DNA of 56,082 nucleotides. Source: Ktedonobacteria bacterium (GTDB taxonomy: Bacteria > Chloroflexota > Ktedonobacteria > Ktedonobacterales > JACDGC01). The DNA is taken from the NCBI GenBank assembly GCA_027459705.1, contig DAIDHM010000072.1:1-56082 (forward strand). The letters run 5' to 3'. The notes below the pieces were generated by a model. That model worked only from the letters and a program-made list of their open reading frames with translations. It did not search any database and had not been told where the DNA came from. Made by a program: the position numbers and the translations under genes. Shown here piece by piece: positions 56,006-56,082 of this stretch; position 1 is the first letter of the stretch, and each line of letters starts with the position of its first letter.

Positions 56006-56082
56006 ATGCTCCGCGAAGTCTCGTTCATCTCACCATCCGAGCGCTTGATCTATCGCGAATATGAGCGACAGCGTCGCTTGCG
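56006..56082 (+). CDS. 5' end of an unidentified CDS running off the window
   Basis: ATG with SD 'AGAGAGGG' upstream. Only 25 codons are visible. Confidence 0.3.
   Translation, partial: MLREVSFISPSERLIYREYERQRRL

Overview
High-GC (~60%) bacterial chromosomal window. Gene content points to a Chloroflexota-like organism (PASTA Ser/Thr kinase, CarH/LitR photoregulator, Pro/Thr-rich linkers, many Liv-type transporters), but I cannot assign a taxon from sequence alone. The window is mostly housekeeping or accessory metabolism. It holds the 3' two-thirds of smc, a CsaA-like tRNA-binding protein, a Upf1/DNA2-like SF1B helicase translationally coupled to an unknown wHTH-containing protein, a PknB-like kinase, a ChlI-like AAA+ ATPase plus VWA protein pair, MTAP, an SDR, an ECF sigma/anti-sigma pair, GalU, a TetR-ABC efflux module, two tRNAs (Gly-GCC and Phe-GAA) with near-consensus sigma70 promoters, an SPFH membrane protein plus degenerate ParA-like pair, an orphan histidine kinase, two paralogous branched-chain amino-acid (Liv) ABC operons, an aldo/keto reductase, a CarH/LitR B12-photoreceptor regulator coupled to a polytopic membrane protein, a flavin monooxygenase, a PQQ-repeat propeller and an orphan response regulator. 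The most unusual locus is a compositionally distinct segment (~47-52% GC) at ~46.6-49.9 kb. It encodes a polytopic-membrane-anchored tandem-AAA+ (CDC48/VAT-like D1-D2) ATPase. The segment is bracketed by a 67-bp direct repeat whose upstream copy is a truncated duplicate of the gene's own 3' end. No CRISPR array, IS element, integrase or prophage was seen.
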